Assembly: GCA_030672305.1 (NCBI GenBank)
Contig: DAOVGR010000047.1
Location: forward strand, 17-64,016
Direction of reading: 5' to 3'
DNA: 64,000 nt
Source of the DNA: Thermoplasmatales archaeon
GTDB lineage: Archaea; Thermoplasmatota; E2; DHVEG-1
The translations under genes and the position numbers were made by a program. Below the pieces are notes generated by a model that saw only the letters and a program-made list of their open reading frames with translations, was not told the origin of the DNA and ran no database searches. Shown here in pieces: positions 28,482 through 37,760 of the stretch; the first letter of the stretch is position 1; the number at the start of each line of letters is the position of its first letter.

Positions 28482-29090
28482 ATGCTTAGCTTTGATGAAG
28501 GTAAAAAGGCCGTTGTATTTGCAAGAGAAGTTGTAGATATATATGTAAAAGAAAATAATTATCCAGAATTAGATTTAGGAAAAACATTTCTTGAAAAACA
28601 AGGTGCATTTGTAACAATTCATACCTTCCCTGATCATGATTTGCGCGGATGTATTGGAATACCTCTTCCCGTTATGCCTTTAAAAGATGCAATAGTTGAA
28701 GGAGCAAAATCAGCAACTAGAGATCCAAGGTTTCCTCAACTTGAAGAAGGTGAGCTTGATAGCATAATAATTGAGGTTACTATTTTGACTAAACCTGAAC
28801 TTATCAAAGTCGATAAACCAGAGGAATATTTATTAAAAATAGAAATTGGTAGAGATGGACTGATTGTTGAACAAGGATTTTTTAAAGGATTACTTTTACC
28901 ACAGGTACCTATAGAACAAGGATGGGAAAAACAAGAGTTTTTATCTCATACATGTATGAAAGCAGGTCTTATGCCAGAAGCTTGGCAAAATGAAAATATA
29001 AAAATTTTTAAGTTCACGGGTCAAATATTTACAGAGATTGAGCCGAGAGGAAAAATTGAGGAGAAAAAACTAGATGGATCTCATTGCTGA
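28482..29090 (+). CDS. AMMECR1-domain protein
   Basis: GAFVTIHT...LRGCIG and the PRFP motif. ATG 28482 is preferred over the TTG at 28422. Confidence 0.8.
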   Translation: MLSFDEGKKAVVFAREVVDIYVKENNYPELDLGKTFLEKQGAFVTIHTFPDHDLRGCIGIPLPVMPLKDAIVEGAKSATRDPRFPQLEEGELDSIIIEVTILTKPELIKVDKPEEYLLKIEIGRDGLIVEQGFFKGLLLPQVPIEQGWEKQEFLSHTCMKAGLMPEAWQNENIKIFKFTGQIFTEIEPRGKIEEKKLDGSHC

Positions 29091-30357
29091 AGGAAAAGTA
29101 TACATCAATGGTGTTTTCCAAAATTGTTGTATTGGAATTAAAGATGGGAAAATATCTGCTGTTAAGAAGATATTAAAAGGTGATGAACACATTAATTTTG
29201 GAAATAGGCTAATTCTTCCTTCTGGGTTAGACCTGCATGTTCATTTTCGCGATCCTGGTTTAACTCATAAAGAAGAATTTTCTACAGGGTCAATGGCTGC
29301 TGCGTTTGGTGGAATATCCTGTGTTTTTGATATGCCTAATACAATTCCTCAGACTACAACTCTGCAAAGGTTTTCTGATAAAATATCTTTAGCTGAAAAA
29401 AAATCATTTATTGATTTTGGAATTTATGCCGGTGTTACTAATGATAATATTGATAGTATTGAAGCTTTATCAACTAAGTGTAGCGGTTTTAAAATTTACC
29501 TTGGTAGTACCACAAATAGTTTGAAATTTGATAAGAAAAATTTAAGAATGGTATTAAAAAAAATATCGCAAACAGAAAAACTTGTTTTATTTCATGCAGA
29601 GGATGATGAACAACTTATTAAAAATTCAGGTAATGAAAGGAATCTAGTTGATCATCTTAAATCTCGCCCCTCAATATGTGAAGAAACTTCAATAAATGAT
29701 GTTATCCTTGCATTAGAAGGCTTAAGTATGGCAGCACATATCTGTCATGTTTCCTCAATTGAAGGTCTTGAGGTTCTGAAGAAAAGACCAAATAATATCA
29801 CATGTGGAGTCACTCCTCATCATTGTCTTTTAAGTATAGAAAAAAACATGGGATCACCTACATTTTTCAAAGTAAATCCTCCGATAAGATCAAGTTTTGA
29901 TAAGGAATCTTTATTTAATGGAGTAAAAAATGGATTAATAGATATCATTGAATCTGATCATGCACCACATACAAAAGAAGAAAAAGATGTAAATTTCAAT
30001 GAAGCTCCATCTGGTCTTCCTGGTGTTGAAACAACATTTCCAATTTTATTATTCTTGGCAAAAAAAGAGGTAATTTCTTTTCAAAGAATCATTTCGTTAA
30101 TATGTGAGCGACCAGCTGAATTACTTGGGATTTCAAAAGGCAGAATTGAAGTTGGGAGAGATGCAGATTTTATAGTTGTAGATTTAAAAGATGATTGCAG
30201 GATCAAATCTGATAATCTTCATTCAAAATGTGGTTGGACTCCCTTTGAAGACTGGTCTGCAATATTTCCAACTCATGTTTTTATTAGAGGAGAAAAGCTT
30301 ATAGAAGATCATGAAATCCAGGTGAGTCAAGGATTTGGCAGTTTTGTCGGAGATTAA
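29074..30357 (+). CDS. pyrC: Dihydroorotase (cyclic amidohydrolase family)
   Basis: GLDLHVHFRDPG, FHAED, CHVSS and SDHAPH metal-binding motifs. Confidence 0.8.
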   Translation: MDLIAEGKVYINGVFQNCCIGIKDGKISAVKKILKGDEHINFGNRLILPSGLDLHVHFRDPGLTHKEEFSTGSMAAAFGGISCVFDMPNTIPQTTTLQRFSDKISLAEKKSFIDFGIYAGVTNDNIDSIEALSTKCSGFKIYLGSTTNSLKFDKKNLRMVLKKISQTEKLVLFHAEDDEQLIKNSGNERNLVDHLKSRPSICEETSINDVILALEGLSMAAHICHVSSIEGLEVLKKRPNNITCGVTPHHCLLSIEKNMGSPTFFKVNPPIRSSFDKESLFNGVKNGLIDIIESDHAPHTKEEKDVNFNEAPSGLPGVETTFPILLFLAKKEVISFQRIISLICERPAELLGISKGRIEVGRDADFIVVDLKDDCRIKSDNLHSKCGWTPFEDWSAIFPTHVFIRGEKLIEDHEIQVSQGFGSFVGD

Positions 30358-30360
30358 ACT

Positions 30361-30843
30361 ATGCTTGAGATGTTTCCTGAATGGTTTCAGATATTCTTTG
30401 GATCGATGCTGCCCTGGATTGAAGCTCGCTATATAATTGTTTATGCAATTAATTTTCTTGGTTGGTTCTGGTGGCAGGCATTACCAATTGCAGTATTAGG
30501 AAATATGTTGCCCATTCCTTTTATTTTATTGTTTTTTAAATTTGTTGAGAAGTTTTTAAGAAATTACAAATTTTGGACAAATATAATGGATTGGCTTTTT
30601 GCAAAAACCAGAAAAAGAGCAGATAGAAAGATTCGAAGATATGAATACCTTGGTTTGTTACTTTTTGTTGCTATACCATTGCCTTTTACTGGTGCTTGGA
30701 CGGGCGCACTCATTGCCTATTTATTTGGTTTGAGTTTTTCAAAATCACTTATTACAATATTTATAGGAGTATTAATTGCAGCAATCGTTATGATAGTTTT
30801 AGTGTTTACAGGCCAATATATCTGGTTTACATTTAACGGATAA
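30361..30843 (+). CDS. Small multidrug-export-like membrane protein (Sm_multidrug_ex family)
   Basis: 160 aa, 4-5 TM helices, N-terminal LPWIEARYII motif. Confidence 0.5.
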   Translation: MLEMFPEWFQIFFGSMLPWIEARYIIVYAINFLGWFWWQALPIAVLGNMLPIPFILLFFKFVEKFLRNYKFWTNIMDWLFAKTRKRADRKIRRYEYLGLLLFVAIPLPFTGAWTGALIAYLFGLSFSKSLITIFIGVLIAAIVMIVLVFTGQYIWFTFNG

Positions 30844-30846
30844 TTT

Positions 30847-31638
30847 GTGGGTATGTTTATGAATGAAAATTTAAAACTTCTAGCTCATAAAACTGTTAAC
30901 GTTGTGTATAGAAAAATTAAGAGAGCTAAATCATCTGAGTTTTACAAATTTGGGAATAATACAGGAATCGGTGCTGATGGAACGATTACAAAATATGTTG
31001 ATAAAATTGCTGAAGATGCCGCTTTTGATTTTCTTAAAAAATCAAAGTTAAAGGTAAATTTACTAAGCGAAGAGATTGGTTTTGTAGATAATGGTGCAGA
31101 CTATACTTTTGTTTTAGATCCTATTGATGGGACTAGAAATGCATATAGGGGAATTCCTTTTTTTGCGGTTTCACTTGCAATAGGTAAATCAAAAATTAGT
31201 GATATTGAATATGGAATTGTTAAGAACATTCCGACTGGTGAAGTTTTTACTGCTGAGAAAGGATTTGGAGCATATTTAAACAAAAATAAAATAGGGGTTC
31301 CAAATGTTCCTGATCCAGAACTATGTTCTTCTCTTGCCCTTGGCAAAAATTTTGATAAATTAACAATTTCTCTTGCAAAAAAGGAAAAGGTTCGTTCTCT
31401 TGGATCAGCATCGCTTGAGATGTGTATGGTTGCTCTTGGAGCTCTTGATTTTTATGTTGTTGGTAAGGAATATATTCGTGTTGTTGATATAGCTGCTTCA
31501 ACACTTATTTTAAGAGAGGCAGGAGGTATTGTTACAAACATATTAGGTGAGGAACTTGACATGCCTTTTACTTTAGATGAAAGAACTAGTGTTGTTGCTG
31601 CTTGTAATTGGGAATTAATTCAAAAAATAATTACGTAG
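30847..31638 (+). CDS. suhB: Inositol monophosphatase/fructose-1,6-bisphosphatase family protein
   Basis: SEE, LDPIDGTRN and RSLGSASLEMCMVALGALD motifs. Confidence 0.8.
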   Translation: MGMFMNENLKLLAHKTVNVVYRKIKRAKSSEFYKFGNNTGIGADGTITKYVDKIAEDAAFDFLKKSKLKVNLLSEEIGFVDNGADYTFVLDPIDGTRNAYRGIPFFAVSLAIGKSKISDIEYGIVKNIPTGEVFTAEKGFGAYLNKNKIGVPNVPDPELCSSLALGKNFDKLTISLAKKEKVRSLGSASLEMCMVALGALDFYVVGKEYIRVVDIAASTLILREAGGIVTNILGEELDMPFTLDERTSVVAACNWELIQKIIT

Positions 31639-31702
31639 GGAGTCTGGAAAAAGCGGAATCGGATGGGAACTAGCCCCCTTCTTAACTAATCCAGACCTCC
31701 CC
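31638..31702. other. GC-rich imperfect hairpin (candidate small structured RNA or bidirectional terminator)
   Basis: GGGAGTCTGG (31638-31647) pairs with CCAGACCTCCC (31691-31701) as 10 bp with one bulged C. 35 of the 65 nt are G or C, in an otherwise AT-rich convergent intergenic region. Confidence 0.35.
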
Positions 31703-31733
31703 AAGAAGTATATGATTTATTTGTTTAAAAATG

Positions 31734-32504
31734 CTATTGTTTTGAGAATTCCTTAAGCGTCTTTTGATAATCATCAGGTAAGACAATTTGCCGTTCAACC
31801 TCTTTCCACTCTAAATCATAATCGTTTAATAATTTTTTTACCATATCTGGAATTCGAGGTGCGCATAAAATACCACGGACAATTGCTGTATCTACATCTT
31901 TTTTTATATCATTTACATACATTCTTAGCTGTTGAACTGCACTAATTGTTGCTAAACTGCGTTTTACCTCAATTACTACAGGAATATGGTTACAGTCATA
32001 ACCAAAAAGATCAATCATTCCTGATTTTACATGTTTCTCTCTTTTACTTATACGTAGTCCATCCTCTATTGCCTCTGGATTACTTATTATTTCATTGACA
32101 ACATCGGTTTCCATTCCAGATATTAATAATTTTGCTTTATCATAAAGCTTAGAAGCTGCCACAAGTTTGATAGCTCTAAAGGTTGTTTTCATTTTTTCAG
32201 GTGGACGTGTATGATGGGATCTGAGAATTAATAGCTCGTCCTTAACACTAAAATCAGTTTTACTTCCTGATGGTTGCCAGTTTACAGGTTCCCGCATAAT
32301 TGGTTGATGAACTAGTACAGATCCATCCTGTTTAATTATTATAATTCGTTCACCCCAGTCCAGAAATGACCGTGCTCTTCCACGATAATCAATCATGCAA
32401 TCTCCAATGATTAAGAGAATTGTTTTGTCTGCCTTTGATTTGTGGTATTTTTCGATAAATTTTAATGCATTTGATGAGGTAGTATTAAGAATACTATAAG
32501 TCAA
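31734..32504 (-). CDS. nucS: Endonuclease NucS/EndoMS
   Basis: N-terminal DCMIDYRGRARSFLDWGERIIIIKQDGSVLVHQ and the C-terminal RecB-like core DLFGYDCNHIPVVIEVKRS. Confidence 0.85.
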   Translation of the reverse strand: MTYSILNTTSSNALKFIEKYHKSKADKTILLIIGDCMIDYRGRARSFLDWGERIIIIKQDGSVLVHQPIMREPVNWQPSGSKTDFSVKDELLILRSHHTRPPEKMKTTFRAIKLVAASKLYDKAKLLISGMETDVVNEIISNPEAIEDGLRISKREKHVKSGMIDLFGYDCNHIPVVIEVKRSLATISAVQQLRMYVNDIKKDVDTAIVRGILCAPRIPDMVKKLLNDYDLEWKEVERQIVLPDDYQKTLKEFSKQ

Positions 32505-32583
32505 TATTTATTCTCCCTTTAACCTGAAACATTTATTGATAATTCATTTTTTTGGTTTACCTTTGCAAAAATGTTTTATATAA

Positions 32584-33351
32584 ATGAGATTTATTGCTGG
32601 TGAAATGTCAATTGCAAAAGATATCACAAAAATGAGCAGAAAAAAAACATTACATTTCTCTTTGCTTGATCCTGATAAACAAAAACCGAAAGTTGCAGGC
32701 GAAATCGCTAGTGCTGTAGAGGAAGCAGGTAGTAGTGCTATTATGGTTGGCGGATCTACTATTGTTTCTCAAAAACAAGTAGATGAAACTGTTAAAGCAA
32801 TTAAAGAACAATCTAATTTACCTGTTATTTTGTTTCCATCAGGAGCAAAATTTTTAAGTGAATATGCTGACGCAGTTTTTTTCATGAGTCTATTGAATTC
32901 CCGCAATTTGGATTATGTAATAAGAGAACATGTGAAAGGTGCGCTATTTGTAAAACAATCTGGAATTGAGCCTATACCCATGGGTTATGTAATTGTTGAA
33001 CCTGGTATGACTGCTGGTAGAGTTGGTGAGGTTGATTTGATTAAAAAAGATGATGTAGAAAACGCTGTTGGATATGCACTTGCCTCCCAATATCTTGGAA
33101 TGGACTTTTTCTATTTAGAAGCAGGTTCTGGCTCGCCTACTCCAGTTTCTAATAAAATGATTACCGCAGTAAAAAATAGTATTAACATTCCACTGATTGT
33201 TGGTGGAGGAATAAGAGATGCAAATACTGCTCGTGAAAAGGCAAAGGCTGGTGCAGATGTTGTAGTTACTGGGACAAAACTTGAGGAAGAGAAGAATTTA
33301 AAAAAGGCATTAATTGATATAATTAAATCAATAAAAAATAGAAATATATGA
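32584..33351 (+). CDS. Geranylgeranylglyceryl phosphate synthase (PcrB/GGGPS family)
   Basis: HFSLLDPDK, MVGGS, FYLEAGSG and VGGGIR motifs. Confidence 0.85.
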   Translation: MRFIAGEMSIAKDITKMSRKKTLHFSLLDPDKQKPKVAGEIASAVEEAGSSAIMVGGSTIVSQKQVDETVKAIKEQSNLPVILFPSGAKFLSEYADAVFFMSLLNSRNLDYVIREHVKGALFVKQSGIEPIPMGYVIVEPGMTAGRVGEVDLIKKDDVENAVGYALASQYLGMDFFYLEAGSGSPTPVSNKMITAVKNSINIPLIVGGGIRDANTAREKAKAGADVVVTGTKLEEEKNLKKALIDIIKSIKNRNI

Positions 33352-33899
33352 AACTTTTACTTAGTATCGGTGGAGCATCTGGGAGTATCTATGGTATAAG
33401 ATTACTTGAAGAATTACTTAAATCAAGTAATGAAGTTCATTTAATTGTTTCAGATGGTGCAAAAAAGATCATTGATCATGAAACTGATTACACTTTTAAG
33501 GATTTAAAAAATATGGCAAATTTTTGTTACGATAATTCTAATATGTTTGTAGGACCAGCAAGTGGTTCTTTCAATCTTGATGCTATGGTGGTTCTTCCTT
33601 GTAGTATGAAAACCCTTTCTGCAATTGCAAATGGATATGGTGATACACTTACAACCCGGGCTGCATGTTGCTTTTTAAAAGAAGAAAGAAAACTTGTTCT
33701 TGTCATTCGTGAAACTCCTTTGGATTTACCTGGAATTAAAAATCTGCTTTCTGCAAAACAGGCTGGAGCAACAATCCTACCCGCTATGCCTGGATTTTAT
33801 CATAAACCTAAAAAAATTGATGATTTAGTAAATTTTATTGTTGGAAAAATCTTAGATCAATTAAAAATAAAACATTCACTTTTTAAAAGATGGAAATAA
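33348..33899 (+). CDS. ubiX: Flavin prenyltransferase UbiX
   Basis: SIGGASGSIYGIRLLEEL, PCSMKTLSAIANG and VLVIRETPL. ATG overlaps the GGGPS stop (ATGA). Confidence 0.88.
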   Translation: MKLLLSIGGASGSIYGIRLLEELLKSSNEVHLIVSDGAKKIIDHETDYTFKDLKNMANFCYDNSNMFVGPASGSFNLDAMVVLPCSMKTLSAIANGYGDTLTTRAACCFLKEERKLVLVIRETPLDLPGIKNLLSAKQAGATILPAMPGFYHKPKKIDDLVNFIVGKILDQLKIKHSLFKRWK

Positions 33900-33980
33900 T
33901 CAGTTTTATCTTTTTTTATTGGTTGTATAAATTTCTATTTTTGTCTTCTATAATTGCTATTTTTTAATATAAATTGAACT

Positions 33981-33999
33981 AGCAATAATACTTATTGCT
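33981..33999. promoter_or_regulatory. Perfect 8-bp inverted repeat AGCAATAA-TAC-TTATTGCT just upstream of the C25 peptidase TATA box
   Basis: Read directly from the sequence. It lies 11 nt upstream of TTTATATA at 34010-34017. Confidence 0.3.
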
Positions 34000-34009
34000 T
34001 GCCTAAATA

Positions 34010-34017
34010 TTTATATA
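34010..34017 (+). promoter_or_regulatory. TATA box (TTTATATA) of the C25 peptidase gene
   Basis: Located 35 nt upstream of the TTG start at 34052. Confidence 0.4.
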
Positions 34018-34051
34018 AACTTATTATATTATTATTAATTAATTTAACATA

Positions 34052-37000
34052 TTGGGGGTTGAACTTATTTACACAAAAAGAAAGATATCTTTAACACTAG
34101 TAATAGTTAGTTTTTTAATATTAACAACACTAATTCCAGCACCAATTAATGCTGAGAATAAAAAAGCAGTAGAAGCCAAAGTAACAGGTACTGTAAAATT
34201 TACTGAAGATGATTTTGAATTTGATAAATACAATGGATATGATATAATTAGATATCCTGATGGAGGACTTACAACTGACATTGGAAAACCAATGTTGCCT
34301 TTAAAAAATATCTTAGTTGCAATTCCTAATGAAATAATTGCAACTAATGTTAAAATTCTTGAAATAATACAAGTTGATATTCCTTCTACTTTCGATATTT
34401 TGCCAGCACAAGCTCCACAAAAAGTGGGAACACGAGCTAATACACCTTTAAATTCAAATAATATTGATATTTTTAAGTTTACAAGTACATATCCATCAAA
34501 AATTGTAGAATTAATTGGAATGACTGATTTTGCAGGTCAGGGAATTGCTCTTTTAACAATTTATCCATTTCAATATAATCCTTATTTAAAAACTTTAAAA
34601 CTTATTAAACATATAAAATTTCAAATTGAGGGTGAATTAGGATATACTTGTGGAGATTATTTACCTAATTATATTTCAGAATCTGAAATAGATTTTTATA
34701 AAGTAAAAGTAGAGGAAATGGTCGTAAATCCAGAGGATATTGTTTTACAAACAAATCAAGATATTCAACCTATTGGTATCGATCCTGGAGAATATGATTA
34801 TGTAATTATTACAAAAAATGACTGGGAATCAGCCTTTCAAACACTAGCTGATTGGAAAACCCAAAAAGGGATTCCTGCATACATTATTACAACTGAATCA
34901 ATTTATGCAAATTATAGTGGTTCCACAAACCAAGCAAAAATAAGAGCCTTTATTATAGATGCTCATAGTAATTGGGGTACTACCTTCTTTCTTCTTGGTG
35001 GTGATACTGATACAATACCATATCAAACTGTAACCTATGATGGTGATAACATTCCAACAGACACTTATTACTCAGATTATGATGATGATTGGACTTGTGA
35101 GGTTCATGTGGGTAGGGCATCAGTTACCGGAACTGGTACTGATGCTGGAAAAATTGGTAATTTTATTTCTAAAACACTAAATTATGAAAAAAATCCACCT
35201 ACTACAAACTTTGCGAAAAATGTATCATTATTTGGTTTTGATCTCGACTGGATAACAGATGGAGAGGATTGTAAAATTGACATTGACGATTTATATATTC
35301 CATCAAATTGGACTATAACAAAAGTATATGATAGCCACAGTGGGAATCATGAGGATAATGTTGATACTGCAGTAAATTCTGGACAAAACCTGATAAATCA
35401 TATCGATCACAGTGGACAATATTACATGGGAACTGGTTATACTAATCATGACTGGGGTCTTGATACATCTGAGGTTGATGATTTTTCAAATGGTAATAAG
35501 CAAAGTACATGGTATTCAATTGGTTGTTTGGCAGCAGCTTATGATTATGATAATTGTATAGCTGAACATTTCGTACGTGATGCAGATGGTGGGGGAGTAG
35601 GATTTGTCGGAAATACAAGATATGGTTGGTACTATGTTGGTGGCGATGATTTAGCATCACTGCGTTATGATAGATATTTCTTCAGATCGTTTTTTATCCA
35701 GAATCATTACAAACTTGGAGATTTATTTTCTGATCACAAAATGGATGCATATAATAGTATGGATCAGAATGATTTGAATAAATATATTTTCAGTGAATTA
35801 AATTTATTAGGTGATCCAGAGCTACCTTTATGGATGGAAAATCCCTCAAGTTTTGATGTTATTCATCCTACTGAAATATACATAGGCTCTTCTTCTTTTA
35901 CAGTTCATGTAGAAGATTCTATTGGAGGAAATATTGAAAATGCATATGTCTGTCTTTGGAAAGAAGATGAGGTGTATTTAACGAATTATACTGATAGTAG
36001 TGGAAATATCACATTTAATCCTTCACCTACAACAGAAGGAAATATGTCTGTCACAGTTACAAAAAAAGATTACATCCCATATGAAGATAATGTAAATGTA
36101 ATATCAAATCAAGCACCAAATATTCCAAGTGATCCTAATCCATCTGATGGAGCAACGGATGTAAGCATAAATACCATTCTTTCTTGGAATTGCAGTGATC
36201 CTGAAGGCGACCCATTAACTTATGATGTTTATTTTAGTTCAAGCTATCCTCCAACACTTGTTTCTTCAAATCAAACAGCTAACTCTTACGATCCCGGAAC
36301 ATTAGAGTTTGCAACAACCTATTACTGGATGATTGTTGCTTGGGATGATTCGGGTGCATTTGCTCAGAGCCCAAGTTGGAGCTTTACAACTGGTGTTAAT
36401 AATCCTCCTAATACTCCCCACAGTCCTCATCCTGCGAATGGTTCAACTAATGTGCCTATTGATACTAATTTAAATTGGGTCTGCGGTGATCCTGATGGAG
36501 ACATAGTTAGTTTTGATGTATACTTTGGGACAACTAATCCACCTCCACAGGTTGCAAACAATGTAACAGAATACGATCCAGGTATACTTGAATTAAATAC
36601 AACCTACTATTGGAAGATTGTTGCCTGGGATGAACATGGTGCATCAACTGCAGGTCCAATTTGGAGATTTACAACAACAATTAGTCAACCACCAGAAGCA
36701 CCTATCATTGATGGTCCTCCAAGTGGAAAAGCAGGTGTCGAGTATTGCTTGACAGTTCATTCTAATGGTCAAAATGGAGATGAATTCGTGTATATTATTG
36801 ATTGGGGTGATGGAACAACAAGTGGTTGGCTTGGACCTTATCCACAAGGTGAGCCTGTGGAAGCATGTTATACATATTATTTTACAGGGACTTATCATAT
36901 TCGTGCACAAGCAAAGGATATATATGGTGCTGAGAGCGAGTGGTCAGACCCATTTTCAGTCAATATTCCAAGAAACAAGGCATTCATTTTCAAATTAAAT

Positions 37001-37063
37001 CTAGTTAGTTGGTTATTAGAACGATTTCCAATATTATATCAATTGTTAAACCTTATGAAATAG
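34052..37063 (+). CDS. Secreted gingipain-like cysteine peptidase (family C25) with C-terminal FN3/Ig-like and PKD-like modules
   Basis: Signal/anchor segment LTLVIVSFLILTTLIPAPINA. C25 core: YDYVIITKNDWESAFQTLADWKTQKGIP, LLGGDTDTIPY, His context INHIDHSGQ, Cys context WYSIGCLAAAYD. Two tandem ~95-aa repeats and a DWGDGT PKD-like module follow, then a hydrophobic C-terminal tail. Confidence 0.82.
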   Translation: MGVELIYTKRKISLTLVIVSFLILTTLIPAPINAENKKAVEAKVTGTVKFTEDDFEFDKYNGYDIIRYPDGGLTTDIGKPMLPLKNILVAIPNEIIATNVKILEIIQVDIPSTFDILPAQAPQKVGTRANTPLNSNNIDIFKFTSTYPSKIVELIGMTDFAGQGIALLTIYPFQYNPYLKTLKLIKHIKFQIEGELGYTCGDYLPNYISESEIDFYKVKVEEMVVNPEDIVLQTNQDIQPIGIDPGEYDYVIITKNDWESAFQTLADWKTQKGIPAYIITTESIYANYSGSTNQAKIRAFIIDAHSNWGTTFFLLGGDTDTIPYQTVTYDGDNIPTDTYYSDYDDDWTCEVHVGRASVTGTGTDAGKIGNFISKTLNYEKNPPTTNFAKNVSLFGFDLDWITDGEDCKIDIDDLYIPSNWTITKVYDSHSGNHEDNVDTAVNSGQNLINHIDHSGQYYMGTGYTNHDWGLDTSEVDDFSNGNKQSTWYSIGCLAAAYDYDNCIAEHFVRDADGGGVGFVGNTRYGWYYVGGDDLASLRYDRYFFRSFFIQNHYKLGDLFSDHKMDAYNSMDQNDLNKYIFSELNLLGDPELPLWMENPSSFDVIHPTEIYIGSSSFTVHVEDSIGGNIENAYVCLWKEDEVYLTNYTDSSGNITFNPSPTTEGNMSVTVTKKDYIPYEDNVNVISNQAPNIPSDPNPSDGATDVSINTILSWNCSDPEGDPLTYDVYFSSSYPPTLVSSNQTANSYDPGTLEFATTYYWMIVAWDDSGAFAQSPSWSFTTGVNNPPNTPHSPHPANGSTNVPIDTNLNWVCGDPDGDIVSFDVYFGTTNPPPQVANNVTEYDPGILELNTTYYWKIVAWDEHGASTAGPIWRFTTTISQPPEAPIIDGPPSGKAGVEYCLTVHSNGQNGDEFVYIIDWGDGTTSGWLGPYPQGEPVEACYTYYFTGTYHIRAQAKDIYGAESEWSDPFSVNIPRNKAFIFKLNLVSWLLERFPILYQLLNLMK
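36110..36678 (+). repeat. Two tandem ~95-aa Ig/FN3-like domain repeats within the C25 peptidase gene
   Basis: PSDPNPSDGATDVSINTILSWNCSDPEGDPLTYDVYF...TTYYWMIVAWDDSGA aligns with PHSPHPANGSTNVPIDTNLNWVCGDPDGDIVSFDVYF...TTYYWKIVAWDEHGA. Confidence 0.8.
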
Positions 37064-37166
37064 AATTCTAATGCAATAAAAACCTGTAAAAACTATATGA
37101 AATAATCCTAATTCTAAATAATTTTTATATATTACTTTTCTTATTTATATTTCCGAGGTTAATGAT

Positions 37167-37658
37167 TTGAAAAAGCTATTACCAGTTATAGTTGTTGGTA
37201 TTCTACTAATAGGATTGCCAATGACAACAGCGATACCCTTACCTGTCAAACAACTCTCAAAAACTATTGAAAAGACAATATTCAATGATATAACACCTTT
37301 TAAAAAAGATTCACCACCTTCTTGGGCTAATGGTAACTTTTCAGGTGTTTGGGGATTAGATATCTGGGGAGAATATCATATTCCACTTGGATGGATGTTT
37401 GGCTACTATAAATTGGGTGTAAACATAGGTTACTTTGCTGCAGGATTCAACTTCTTTGGAGAACCAGATTTATCATGGTTTATACAAGGATATATTTTTG
37501 GAATATTTATGTTCGGTAGTATGGATGCAAACGAGTATACAAGTCAAACCTTTTTTGTGGGTATTGGTAATTGTAACGAAACCAACTATCATTGGAGAGT
37601 TATTGGAGAAGAGGGACCTACATTCTTCATGCATGGTAAGTATACTATTTTCGATTAA
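37167..37658 (+). CDS. Small secreted protein of unknown function
   Basis: Signal peptide KKLLPVIVVGILLIGLPMTTA and an aromatic/Gly-rich mature part. It lies directly downstream of the C25 peptidase gene. Confidence 0.5.
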   Translation: MKKLLPVIVVGILLIGLPMTTAIPLPVKQLSKTIEKTIFNDITPFKKDSPPSWANGNFSGVWGLDIWGEYHIPLGWMFGYYKLGVNIGYFAAGFNFFGEPDLSWFIQGYIFGIFMFGSMDANEYTSQTFFVGIGNCNETNYHWRVIGEEGPTFFMHGKYTIFD

Positions 37659-37760
37659 TCAAAACTTGATAATAGATCCAAATTTGGTTAAAAATAAATT
37701 TACCAAATTGTTCTAAAAAGTTGGAAAAAAGATAAGTATATTGTTTTCCTTATTTTTTAT

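Noticed and set aside
31638-31702. Whether the GC-rich hairpin is an H/ACA or C/D box guide RNA, or a tRNA fragment.
   Set aside because: There is no ACA box 3' of the stem and no K-turn-like GA motifs. There are no C (RUGAUGA) or D (CUGA) boxes. No T-loop (TTCAAAT-like) or acceptor features are present. Its identity is left open.
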